DNA from: Camelus dromedarius
Taxonomy: Eukaryota
Direction of reading: 5' to 3'
Assembly (NCBI RefSeq): GCF_036321535.1
Contig: NC_087437.1
Span: forward strand, 49,168,001 to 49,232,000
Length of the DNA stretch: 64,000 nt
The notes under the pieces were generated by a model. The model was not told where the DNA came from. It saw only the letters and a program-made list of their open reading frames with translations, and did no database searches. Below are positions 1 to 11,640 of the stretch, in pieces. A program made the position numbers and the translations under genes. Each line of letters begins with the position of its first letter. The first letter of the stretch is position 1.

Positions 1-97
1 GGGTTTTGAGGAGCACTCAATGAAATAAAGCTTGGGAAAGCCCTTCAGATAGTTCAGAGCATGTGATCAAGGCTTGCTCAAAAGATAACAATTATTT
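1..97 (+). mobile_element. MIR SINE, 3' part
   Basis: Degenerate match to the MIR 3' end (gggttttgaggag..aatgaaataaagc..aaagccctt..gctcaaaagataacaattatt). Confidence 0.55.
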
Positions 98-589
98 TGG
101 TATTTGAGAGGACATCAGTGGCAAAGAAATGATATTTCTGAACCAACTTAATAGACTTTCTATAAATGCTAAATAAGTGCTTAGCATGATTTTGGCTCAA
201 TAGGCACTGGGATCATTATTTACTTTCATGTACAGTGGATTAGTAATACCTACTTTGAATAGTTTTTTATTAATTTCAATGGGAAATTAGTGTGATAATG
301 TGATTAATAGATCATAATTTTCTCCTCTTTATCCTTCTTTATTTCTCTTCCCTTCACCCCTATACCCCACCACTAATTTTTGACCAACTTATGTTGGTGT
401 ATTGAGCACCTGGAGGACTGTTCAGGTACTCTAGTCATGTCTGAATATAGAAACACATGTGGAGAAATGCTGGTCCTCACTAAGTTTCTCTTCATGTTGT
501 TTGATCCCCAGTAGCATTTACTTTGTATGTGTTATGGCTGAAGATAATATTCAGATTGTAGCAGCATGAGACCAAATGGAACCACAATT

Positions 590-670
590 CAGTAGTTTGC
601 ATATGTGAAAAATGAGACCCAGAGAGGTTCTTTTACTTACCTAAAGTCACATAGCATGGTATCTGTGTAT
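590..670 (-). mobile_element. MIR SINE core fragment
   Basis: tttgcatatgtgaaaaatgagacccagagagg..acttacctaaagtcacatagc resembles the antisense MIR core. Confidence 0.65.
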
Positions 671-2731
671 TCCTATGCATTGTGCAGATCTACATTTCCT
701 CTCCTCCCCTGGGCTTTGTGATGACCTGTTATCACTCTCAGGACCCACATAAGACCCGCATAGCATTCTGCAGAGAGCTGCAAAAAACCTGCCTCCTCTT
801 CTGCTGGATCTCCCAGAAAACACATTTAAATAGAAGTACTTTGCTCTTATTTTTTCACCAAAGCTCATGTTATTCATTAAATGGCTATTTAATATAAAGA
901 AACAAATTAAATAGGGGAGGGGAAGAAAAGCATTTCTTTAATTTTCTCCCAGTTGCTTTTTGTGCAGGTGGATTGCTGCAGGAGTCCCCTCTTCTGAAGC
1001 CCATCTGGGATGTTAGTTTAGCTCTATTGATGTTTAAGACTCTGTCTTTCATCATAACCACATGCCAAGACAATAAGTAATTGAACCACATGTTTTGCCT
1101 TTTTAAAAAGGTGTAATCTCCTTCTGAAGTGTAGAGATGTTTAGCAGGATTTTTCTAATTTATCTGTCATCACACCATGCGGGCTAGGCTCCAAGTCCCG
1201 ACTGCAGTGTCTCTTTATCACCGTCTTTTGATGAACACCTGTTTCCAGCATACAAATATATCTGCTGAGATGCAAAATTAAAATAATTTTAACAGGATAG
1301 GAATAATTAGGAACCTTTTTTTTGAAAGGTCCACCTGTTCCAAATATCAAAATATCACATTCAGTTGCATGTACATCCTTTTATCACTATATATTCTTTA
1401 TGCTAGATATGAATTTATTTGATAATAATTCTCCACTGATATTCCATTAACTAAAAAAATAAATATTTTCATTTTTAGATATTCAGTTATAAACACAATC
1501 ACAGTTCTCTATGTTCGTTGAGAGAGAGAAATTCTCTAGAAAGTTATCTCCAAAACTTTTTAAGAGAAGAAACTGTAAATGTTCTATTATTTATGACTGA
1601 TTGTGCCTTTTGTTAAGGATTTGACTTCTTCATAAATACAGCAAAGAAGATGTGAATCTTAAGTTAATTTTAATAGATATTATAAGGGAAAGATATAAGG
1701 GCTCTTATAAGTAAAGATTTTTTGTTGGTTTGGTATATTAATACACTTAAATCAATAGATTTAATATGAAGAATTTAAAATAATTTATGTCACTATATTT
1801 AAGGCTTTGCCCATTATGCTTCCTGTTGGCTTTCCCATAAACTATGAGTTGAGTGATTTGTGCCTTCAAAGTGAAATTGTGTAGCATCTGTAATCTTCTG
1901 CTTCAGGGGGCCCCCACCAAGAATGACCCTGCCTGCCCTAATATTTAAGAGAAAAGATCCCCACTTCCAAGAATTCATATTAAGAAAAATAAAAGTCCAC
2001 ACAAATTTTTTAAAAATCCAGAGTAAGAGACTTTGATATTACAACAAGCTATGTAATTATGTCCATTTAACATTAGCCATAGTGGTGTTCACTCAGATGA
2101 GTAACCCTGTATTTACCCTAACACCCAATAAAGCAAATTCATAGGTAAAAGCCAAGTTAATGAACAAATGTGTTACAAGTCTTCATTTTCAGAAAGTGAA
2201 ATCTGAACTGCCAGATTTTCGGTTGTTTTTCTGACAGCCATGCAAAAAAGTAAATCACTGGTTCCCTGGCCGTCATAGGCAAAGTTGTCCGGAAGGCATT
2301 ATGTGGCTGGTTGCTTTTTAGCTGTCGGGGACATTTTGGGCAGTGGTTATGTACACAAGACTAATTACACTAATTAATCCACACCAACATGTGAGCAGTA
2401 ATCATGTTTTTACAATTAGGATGTAATTTAAAAAAATCCTCAATTGGGTACATTCAGAGACACAGCAGTTTCAGATTTACCATACAATAGGACAAGGCGT
2501 TATCCAAATTGAATAAATGTAAATTTCAGGTTGGGCAAATAAATTAATATATGGCAAATGAAACCTACACTTGTGTTACAAATACGCTCTTGCATGGGAG
2601 TGATTTTCTGAGTAGGTGTATGGATTGTAGCTTTTGTGGTCATTAAATTATAGGGATCTCTATTCACTTTGCTTAATGTAATGTAGCGACATCACATTAC
2701 TTCTGTAGCTTTTACTTCTGGTGTGAGTAGT

Positions 2732-3224
2732 TGTGTTAGGCAGAATAATGGCCTCTGAGAGGTGTCTGTATTCTAATCCTCCACATCTGTGAATGTGGAA
2801 CCTTACACGGCAAACAGACAACAAAAACAGAAAACAAGGCGTAACGTTGCAGATGTGATTTAGTCAAGGATTTTCAGATGAGTTCATCCTGGATTATTTT
2901 AGCAAGCCAAAGTAATCCCAAGGGTCCTTCTAGGTGAAGAGGGAAGTAGGAGACTCAGTGTCAGAATGATGTGGAGTGAGGAAGACTCAACCTGCCTTTC
3001 CTGGCTAAGGAAGAGGCTGTGAGCCAAGGCACGTGGGCGGTGTCCAGAAGCTGGAAAAGGGAAGAACACAGCTTCTTCCCTGAACCTCTAGAAAGGAGTA
3101 TAGCCTTCCCACACCTTGATCTCAGCCCCCTGAGACCTCTAGAATTAAAATACAATGAATCTGTGCTGTTTAAAGTTGCTAGGTTTGTGGTAATTTGTTA
3201 CAACAGCAATAGAAAACTAATACA
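2732..3224 (+). mobile_element. MaLR solo LTR, MLT1D-like
   Basis: Starts TGTGTTAGGCAGAATAATGG and ends GCAATAGAAAACTAATACA (TG...CA). Internal MLT1 motifs ttgcagatgtgatt and agaagctggaaaagg. Carries an extra A-rich insert of about 25 nt near 2818-2845. Confidence 0.9.
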
Positions 3225-3251
3225 GGTTTTTTTTTTTCTTTTCTTTTTTGG

Positions 3252-3350
3252 CTTCTCAGAGCCTCAGATTCCTCATCTGTAAAGAACTAATAACATTTAT
3301 TTTTTATAAGAAAAATAAATTTGTGAAATTGCCTTAAAATGTTTAAAACT
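3252..3350 (+). mobile_element. MIR fragment
   Basis: ctcagagcctcagattcctcatctgtaaa is the MIR core. Confidence 0.7.
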
Positions 3351-3774
3351 TTGAAAGATAAGATCTTTTGTAAAAGAAATAAAACTATTTCTAAATTTTA
3401 CAGTAACTAAGAGACCCTGCCAATATAAGACTTAATCATTGAAAAATCTTCCCCAAATCCCTATCAATTAAGAACTAGTGACTGGAGAACATGGAATATG
3501 TCCAGCTTCATTAGAAAGCATCCGTCAGAACGTATCCAGGCAGCCAGAGAAAGGGATTGAGTAAATGACCTGGACAGTATAAAAAGCCAAGAACATAGCT
3601 GATGTCAACAGGGCAGCAGAGATTCAACGGACAGGAAATTATCTCAGCGGGGCTGAGGAAAACAAAAAATACTGGGGCTCATTAAAAGACCGAGCTAGAT
3701 TATTTACAGAAAAAAGTAGCTTAAATGACCTTTAAACACTATTTTCTAAAAAGATGAGTAGACAACTCTTTTTG

Positions 3775-4128
3775 GTCAGAGGTATTCACACTGAATTATT
3801 TTAATTAGAAAAAAAATTGAAAACCATCTTAAATGCCCAACAATTAGGGAATGATTAAGTAAAATATGGTTTAACAATAGGATGGCATGCTATAATTAAA
3901 AGTACTTATAAAAAGCTTTTAAAAGCCTTTGGAGGAAAACAAATACATATATGGAGTATAATAGCAACTATGTAAAAATTCTTTTGAAAATCTAGGAGGA
4001 AATTCACAAATTAAAATGTTATCAGTGGTTATCTCTAAATGATGGAATAATTATGATGTTTTACTTTTTTTTTTTCAGTTTTTCCTTTTGCCATTTTATA
4101 AAATTCACATGCATTACTTTCTATAATT
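3775..4128 (+). mobile_element. Ancient L1 (L1ME-class) 3' end fragment
   Basis: ttgaaaaccatcttaaatgcccaacaattagggaatgattaagtaaa and aaaatgttatcagtggttatctct..catgcattactttctataat resemble L1ME 3' UTRs. Confidence 0.7.
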
Positions 4129-4274
4129 CTCCCCAAACAGCACAAGCTTTAGAAAATTATGCTGTTGTCTTAAGACGATCTTCTAACTGGATAAATTTAT
4201 TCACTGTTGCTATTTCCTAATTAATGACTGTCTCCTCTAACTTCTAATTTAATCCAGTGACACTGGCTAGCTTC

Positions 4275-4715
4275 TTTGTTCCAGGCACTTTGCTAGGCAA
4301 TGTGAAAAATATAACAGTGAATAAAATATAGTAATTGATCTCTGAGAATTTATATTTTAGTGAGCAGGAAATAAAAATAAACTTTACGGTCCAGATTTGA
4401 CATGTGCAGACAAGATTTGAGGTGTAAAGAAGAATAGGGGAAAGTGAGATCAGGTGACTCATGGAAGAGGTGGGGTCTGAGCAGGGCCTTTATAGATGAC
4501 TAGGATGTGAACAAAGAGATTGAGGAGGACGGGAGCATGTGTGGGTAGAGATGCCATTGCATTGGCATAGAAGGAAGAGAGGACCAAGGCATGTTTAGAG
4601 AACAATGAACATTCCCAGAGTTTGGAGAGAATCTTAAGAGGCTGGGATGGAGGGAGAATCAAAAGTTGGAAAAGAAGCTGAAGCCCTGGTTGTGTAGGGC
4701 CCTGAAATCTCAGCT
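4275..4715 (-). mobile_element. L2 LINE fragment
   Basis: ccaggcactttgctaggc..acagtgaataaaa followed by purine-rich antisense L2 body (gaccaaggcatgtttagagaacaatgaa). Confidence 0.7.
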
Positions 4716-5569
4716 GGTAAATCTGAATATCAGCTTCATCCACAATAGCTTCTTGACACTTAACCACCAAGACAAAAAGGCTAAGAAGAAGACGCACAGT
4801 CATCTGAATGTTTGACAGTGAGGTGGTTGACTGCATGTTTACTCTTCATTCAGATATTTCGCAGTGTTGACGATGGATTCTATTGATTGTATCAAATGGG
4901 GCAGGATTTTAAAGAGGTAATTCCAACTGCCCTGATCCTTGTCCCAGTCAGCCCCCTGGGATGTGTTTTAAAGCAGTGCTGTAACTAGGATTCAAATTCA
5001 CAACCTTGAGACTGGCTTCATCCATATTCAGCAAGTCTTCCTTCCCCCAACTTCTTTATTTGGTATTTGTATACATGCTATGTCCTCCCCAAAACTACAA
5101 TTGTACAGTGGATAAGAACAGTGTCTTCTTTTGTTTGTTTTCCTCCCTTCTCCTATATGGGCATGGAACAATAACCATAAAGTTTTTAAAATGTATGGAC
5201 TAACATCCTGTTCATTTGTGTGAATTCATGTACAGCAGCATTTTCCCCACATTTAGATTTGAAAGATTTCTATTGGATTCAGAAACCATCACCTGAGGTA
5301 TTGGAAGGACTGGTGACACTCTGAGTCCTCCAGTGTTGTCTTACAATTTCCCCATTTCCACTACATTTTCTGATTGAATGTATTAGTAGGCATAATGTGT
5401 TTTGCATGGTTCATAATTTAATTCTTCTTCTTTTTAAACTACTAACATAAGTGTCTGGACTGAGAAAAAATAATCCCCTTTCCTTTTGGGAGATTTCTTT
5501 CCCACATGCTATTTTAAAATCTTTTCTGCCTCCATCAGTTATCTGATCTCTTGGCAGTTCACACTCCAT

Positions 5570-5770
5570 TCTCTTAGACTCTTTTTAATGGCATGTTTTC
5601 CAAGCCTTTTGTCATTATTACTACCCTTTGGATTCTTTCCAAATTAGCAATCTTTTTTTTTTTTACATAGAAAGAGCCCAAAATTGCATGCAGTTTTCCA
5701 GACAGAGCTTTAGGAATATGGTGAATAATGGGATAATTACTTCCCACATGAGCTTCAGAGACACCCACAT
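5570..5770 (-). mobile_element. CR1/L3 LINE ORF2 C-terminal remnant
   Basis: The minus-strand ORF 5574..5768 ends ANLERIQRVVIMTKGLENMP, matching the CR1 ORF2 motif LERVQRRATKMIKGLE. Confidence 0.7.
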
Positions 5771-6224
5771 GGATTCATAGGCGTTCTCTTTTCCCTTTTT
5801 TATCCCAAAGGATGATATTCACTAAGAAATGGTCAGATCTTTTATTGAGGAAAATTTAATGTGGAAAAGTTTTGCTAAGTAACAAATTAGCCAATGCCAA
5901 AACACTGATAATTATCTAAAAGATGGCCATTTCTGTTGGGAAGTATTACATTTGGTGGAAATTTTAAGCTCTGACCAAGTTGTTTATTTCGTGCAGTAGT
6001 AGAGAGGAGAGGAGAGACGTTCTCAAGGAGTGGTTTGGGGTGGGAGAATACCTCATTTACACTGCATTTAACCATGCAGCATTGGAACTCCCATGAAAAA
6101 AATGGCCAAGAACATAAGCAGAAGTGAAACTGACATCAGTTAGCACTGGATATTTATATGTTTATTAAACACTCTGTTCTGAAAGCAGTGGCTCTAAGTG
6201 TGAACAAAACTGTTTCTGACTATA

Positions 6225-6430
6225 AACCAGATTATTTCACTTCTCTCCTCAAAACTGTCTAATGGCTTCTTCTCTCACTCAGAATAAAGTCCACCGTCCT
6301 GACTCTGGTTTACAAGGCAGCAAATAATCTAGGCCCTGCTCCTTCTTTGATCACATCACCTGCCCTTTTCCTGCACTTTCCTATTCAACTTACTCTGCTT
6401 TAATCGCATGGCGTCTCAGGGCCTCTGCCA
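6225..6430 (+). mobile_element. L2 fragment
   Basis: cagattatttcacttctctcctcaaaactgtctaatggcttc..cactcagaataaagtcca..tacaaggc..atctaggccctgc is typical L2 3' region. Confidence 0.75.
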
Positions 6431-6464
6431 GAAGAGCTGGGGCCCAGGGCAAAGCTCTGAGAAT

Positions 6465-6725
6465 CACTGTCTGTTAGCTCTTACTCTATGCTGGGCGCTG
6501 TGCTAAATGCTTCACAGACATTGTTGTATTCAGGCTTTACACCAAATCAGAAAGATGGTTATTACTGCTCCTATTATTTTTACTAGTCGTGTATTAAATG
6601 TTACTAATATTAGTAGTAATATTAAACCATTATTACTGTCTTGTTAAAGAAAACAAGAAGTTAGACAAGTGGCTTATGGTCACTAAACTAGTAGTTCGTG
6701 GAACCAGACCACAGTGCTCTAAACA
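6465..6725 (-). mobile_element. MIR SINE
   Basis: ttactctatgctgggcgctgtgctaaatgcttcacagacatt..ggtcactaaactagtag matches antisense MIR; interrupted by AT-rich low-complexity sequence. Confidence 0.7.
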
Positions 6726-6999
6726 TGCCTGTCCTTGGATGCTCTATTGAAAGATTCAGCTATAGAAAAACGTGACACCAAGAAGATTGAAGATTCATCT
6801 ACTGGATCCTTTGTTCATATAGTTAAGAGCATTACCTTGAGCCTCTTTTAATGCAGAGCCCATGGGAGGCACTTATGTGGACAATCGGCAAAAAATCCCT
6901 CTTTTCTTCAAGAAACTTTCAATTTAGTGCAGTTATTGTATGGAATAGCAATCATTCAGATGACTTCCTGAGTCTGAAGAATTAACTGTTCTACAGTTG

Positions 7000-7165
7000 A
7001 CTGCCAGTTCAAGATGGTTATTTGGACCTAAGTATTTAATGCTCCTTCTATTCAAAATCCCATTGAAATAAACAAAGAAATATAAATTAGGAAGAAAAAC
7101 AAAACTGTTTCAGCCATAGAATGGTGGGAAAAGATTAACCAATAGACCAGAAACTTGGAGTTTCT
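7000..7165 (+). mobile_element. 5' end of an ancient L1ME/HAL1-type element
   Basis: ccagttcaagatgg..tcaaaatcccattgaaataaacaaag resembles the 5' terminus of HAL1/L1ME. Confidence 0.4.
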
Positions 7166-7224
7166 ATTATATCCTGCAAGTAGAACTGCATAACCTCCTG
7201 CTACGGGAGTGCCCCACGGCTTTG

Positions 7225-8226
7225 GCCTAGGTACCTTCTCTCTTCAGTTATACACAGTAAACACTACATCTACTGCTGCTTTGAATTCTCCTGAGAACAC
7301 TAAACTTGTATATACAACTGACTATTGGCCATCACTCATGGATACTCAATGGCAATCTCAAATTTGAATTAGTCAAAATAGAATGTATAATTCTTCTGTC
7401 AAACCTGCCCCACTCCATTTAGTAAATACATACCACTTACTAGGCATTTCCATTTAGTAAACACATACCACTTACCATCTAATTGCTGAAAATAAAGATC
7501 TAAGTATTAGTTTTGATTCTGCTCCTGCTCTCACCACCCTCTCCCCTACAATTTAATCTATCAGCAAGTCCTGTGGTCTCAATATCCAAAACATGTCCTG
7601 AATCTGGTGACTTCTCTCCATCTCCATCACCTGTCCTCCTGATGCTCTTGTTTCTCCTGGAATAGATTTCCACACAGCAACAGAGGGACATTTTATAAAA
7701 GAAATTGGATCACGTTACTCTTTCCCTGCAACATAGACACAGAAACAAATCCCACAATTTAAAACCCTCCAATGACACTGAGTTACACTTAAGATGAAAT
7801 CCACACTCACTGAGGTTTATGAAGTTCTACTTTTTCTGGTAACTGCTACTTTTTAGCACTTTCTCACTCCAGCTTTTTTCAATGTTTGAAACTCAGCAAG
7901 TCTTTCTTACCTCAGGATCTTTGCACAAAGGCTTTCTTCTCCCCCGTATCAGGAGGATCATTACTGATCTTTACACCGTTGGCTATTTCTCATCAAATGA
8001 ATATCAACTGTTTAAAGGGACCTTGCCTGCCCTCCCAATTGAAAGTAGGTAACCTTTCTTTAATTCTATGTGTAGTAGTTACCACTGGCTAAAACTTTTC
8101 CTGTGTATTTGCCTGTTTTTTCTTTTCTCTTCACTCTCTTAGGAAGAAAAGTCCCCTGAAAACAAGGACCATGTGTGTTTATGTGATGCATAGTAGGTGC
8201 TCAATTAATATTTGAGTGAGTGAATC
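7225..8226 (+). mobile_element. L2 (L2a-like) LINE 3' portion
   Basis: atctcaaatttgaattagtcaaaatagaa, tcagcaagtcctgtgg..tccaaaacatgtcctgaatctg, cctcaggatctttgcac, ending catagtaggtgctcaattaatatttgagtgagtgaat. Confidence 0.85.
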
Positions 8227-8384
8227 ATTTCATTGTTATTAATATGGTTTTAACACAAATATTAAAAATTAATAATAATTATTAGAATCTAAATGTGAAA
8301 ATTATTTCACTTGAAATAATCCAAGCAATATGGTAAAGCTATACAAAACAATTGTTAAAAAATACAAAATAAAATGACATAAGC

Positions 8385-9120
8385 TAGACCAAATGTTACC
8401 AATTATTACAATAAGTCTGGGTTAAACTCCACCATTAAACAACAAATATTTTCAGACTGGGTCTCAAATGTAATCAAACTACTTGATGTTTAAGAGACAA
8501 ACCTAAGGTAGAAAGATATACAAAGGATAGAAGTAAAAGGAAAGGAAAAGAAAAATCTGGAAAAATGCAAAAACTTGGGTGGCAATATCAGACAAAACAG
8601 AAATGAAAAGGACATGTATTTTATATTGTTAAATTAGATGCCCCACAGAGAAGCAGTGATACCCCATGCACTCACTAACTTAAAATTGAAATACATAAAC
8701 CAATAAACTTAAAAATTCCCAGTGTAAAAACCCAGTCATAGTACAAGGCTTTAGTACACCTTTTTGAGACTTTGATAAGACAAGATTCAGAGCAGATAAC
8801 ACTATCATTGATAACCTTGTTTAAATATGCATGGAACTTTGTACTCTGCTAACAGAGAATACCTATTTTTCAGACATCAAAAGAAAGTTACAATTTTAAG
8901 TAGAAAGGAGAAAAATATTTGCATTTATAATCCTGGATTACATTTTTTGGAAGAGCCAATTAAATAAGCAAACTTAAATCTATGTTGATTAAGGAAAAAT
9001 AATTGACAAAATAGACAAATACATAAATAGGAAAAGAGTGATAATTATAAAATAGAAATTTAGAAATGAAAATTACACAGTCTGCAATTCTATAGTCATA
9101 AAAGTGAAAATGTTAGTTAA
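8385..9120 (+). mobile_element. Ancient L1 ORF2 5' (endonuclease) region; resumes about 10545-10610
   Basis: attacaataagtctgggttaaactccaccattaaa..ttcagactgggt and gtggcaatatcagacaaaacaga are decayed L1 endonuclease-coding sequence. Confidence 0.65.
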
Positions 9121-10540
9121 AGTGATCTACATATTCAGTGCAATCTCTATCAAAATTCTAATGCCAGTTTTAACAGAATAGAAAAAACAATTCTAAGATT
9201 CATATAGAATCATAAAAGACTATAAATGGCCAAAGCAATCTTGAGCAAACAAAAACTAAACAAGTTGAAGGCATCACTCTACCTGATTTCAGAATACACT
9301 ACAAAACTATAGTAACCAAAGTAGCATGGCACTGGCACAAAAACAGACATACAGATTGACGGAACAAAAATAGAGAGCCCAGAAATAAACTCAAGTATTT
9401 ATCATCAATTGAGCTTTGACAAAGGTGCCAAGAATACACAATGAGTAAAGGACAGTCTCTTCGATAAGTGGTGTTGGGACAACTGGTTTTCCATTCACAG
9501 AAGAATGAATTTGGACTCTTATCTCACTCCACATTTTAAAATCAATTGAAAATGAATTTAAAATTCAAGCGTAAGTCCTGAAACCATAAAACTATTAGGA
9601 GAAAACATAGGGAAAAACCTTCTTGATATTGATCCGGGTAATGATTTTTGGGATATGACCCCAAAAGCACAGGTGACAAAACCAAAATAAACAAATGAGA
9701 CTGCATCAAATAAAAGGCTTCTGGACAACAAAGGAACCATAGAGTGAAGAGACAAACTATGGAATGGGAAAATACCTGCAAACCATATATCTGATAAGAG
9801 ATTACTGTCCAAAATATATAAGGAACCCAATAGCAAGAAAACAAATAACCCCATTTTTAAAAAGTGGGCCAAGGACCTGAACAGACACTTCTCAAAAGAT
9901 GACATACAAATGGCCAGCAGGTATATGAAAAAGTGCTCAACATAACCAATCATCAGGGAAATGCAAACAAAACCCACAGTGAGATATCACTGCACACCTG
10001 TTAGAATGACTATTATAAAGACAAAATTAGCAAGTGTTAGTGAAGATGTGGAGAATGGGGGAACCCTTGTATACTGTTGGTAGGAATGTTAAGTTGTGCA
10101 GTTGTTATGGAAAATAATGTGGAGGCCCCTCAAAAAATTAAAAATAGAACTATCATATAATCCAGCAATTCCATTTCTGAATATACATCCAAAGGAAATG
10201 AAGTCACTATCTTTTAGGAGATATCTGTACTCCCATGTTGTTTGCAGAACACACAATCACAATAGCTAATCACAATAGCCAAGATATGGAAACAACCTAA
10301 GTGTCTGTCAATGGATAGAAAAAGGTGTGATACACACACACACACACACACAAAATGGAATATTATTTGGCCATGAGAAGGAAGGAAATCCTGCCATTTG
10401 TGACAATATAAATGAACCTGGAGGACATTATGTTACATGCAATAAGCCAGATAGAGAAAGACAAATACTCTATGATCTCACTTATTTTAATTATTTTACT
10501 GTGTATATGTATATCAAATCATCATCTTGGACTCCTTAAT
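9121..10540 (+). mobile_element. L1MA-class L1, ORF2 3' part and internally deleted 3' UTR
   Basis: Clear L1 ORF2 sequence (gacaaaggtgccaagaatacacaatg, gacatacaaatggccagcaggtatatgaaaaagtgctcaaca), with an L1MA-like tail gtatatcaaatcatcatcttggac. ORFs 9542..9844 and 9558..9977 are its antisense. Confidence 0.9.
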
Positions 10541-10829
10541 TTCATTTTATTCTGAAATTTTAATGAAAAGATAATGTTCAAGGAAAGTATAAATTATATA
10601 AATGTCTACAGAGTGAATATGGTATTTTTATTTATAATTTTTAATCTATATTTATGAGTATGCATTTTTAGTATTAGTTAGTTTGTTAATAACTTTTTCA
10701 TTTTATTCTCTTTATTTTTGTCTCTTTTTCTTCCCCAAGTCCTCAACAACAATCTGAAAAGTTTTTATTTAAAAAGGTTTTGTTTGATCTATATTTGTTT
10801 GATTACTAGAGAGATAGAAGTTTTAAAAA

Positions 10830-11640
10830 TTTTATTGGACATTTTATATTACTTTGTGAATTGCTTATTATTCACTAGACATTTTTCTATCAGGTAGTTC
10901 ATCTTTTTTCTAAACTACTTTATATATGGCTAGTAATTCTTTGTCTATGTGGGGTTTTTAGTATTTTTTTCTTAATTTAACATTTGCCTTCTTAATTGTT
11001 TTGTAATACTTTTTCTCAGTCAGAAGTGTTTAATGTTAATGTAGTAAAACGTGCCAATATTTTTATTTTTTCCTCAGTGGTATTATGGTTAGAACATCTT
11101 TCCACACCTCAAGACTATGTATAAGAATTCATCTACATTTTAAAGTATTAGTATATTTTCATGTTTAATACTTAAATCTTTAATACATCTAGGAGTTACT
11201 TTTGTGCAAGGCGTGAGGTAGAGATGTTTTTCTCTATTTAAGAGCTGGTTATTCCTGTACCATTTATTGAGTGATCCTCTTATCTATCAATTAGAAATAC
11301 TACCTTTTTGGTATACTAAAAGTACTCAAATCTGTTTCTTGAATTTTATTGAACCAATTCTGACACCAATATCATACTCTTTCAACTATTGTTATTATAC
11401 AACATATCATTTTAAAAAAGGAAACCCCTCTACTCATTTAAAAAACTTTTTTTTCCTGAACATTATTTTTTTAGTGAATTTAGTGAAAAAATCCCCTGGA
11501 AATTGAATTGAATTTCATTACATTTTCAGAATAATTTGGAGATAATAGATATTTTATAGTATTGAGTCTTGCTATCCAATGATCTAGTACCTCTCACTGT
11601 TTATTCAGATCTACTTTATGTCTGTTAGTGGAATTTTACA
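10830..11640 (-). mobile_element. Ancient L1 ORF2 fragment
   Basis: tctttaatacatctaggagttacttttgtgcaaggcgtgaggtagag and aatttggagataatagatattttatagtattgagtcttgctatcc are antisense L1 ORF2. Confidence 0.75.

Noticed and set aside
4459..4836. 125-aa minus-strand ORF with a signal-peptide-like start
   Set aside because: Most of it overlaps L2 sequence; I recognise no homology and see no supporting gene structure.
6602..6615. 14-bp perfect palindrome TACTAATATTAGTA; also short inverted repeats near 56776-56796 and 56917-56945
   Set aside because: AT-rich low-complexity context where such palindromes are expected by chance; stems are too short for a pre-miRNA or MITE.
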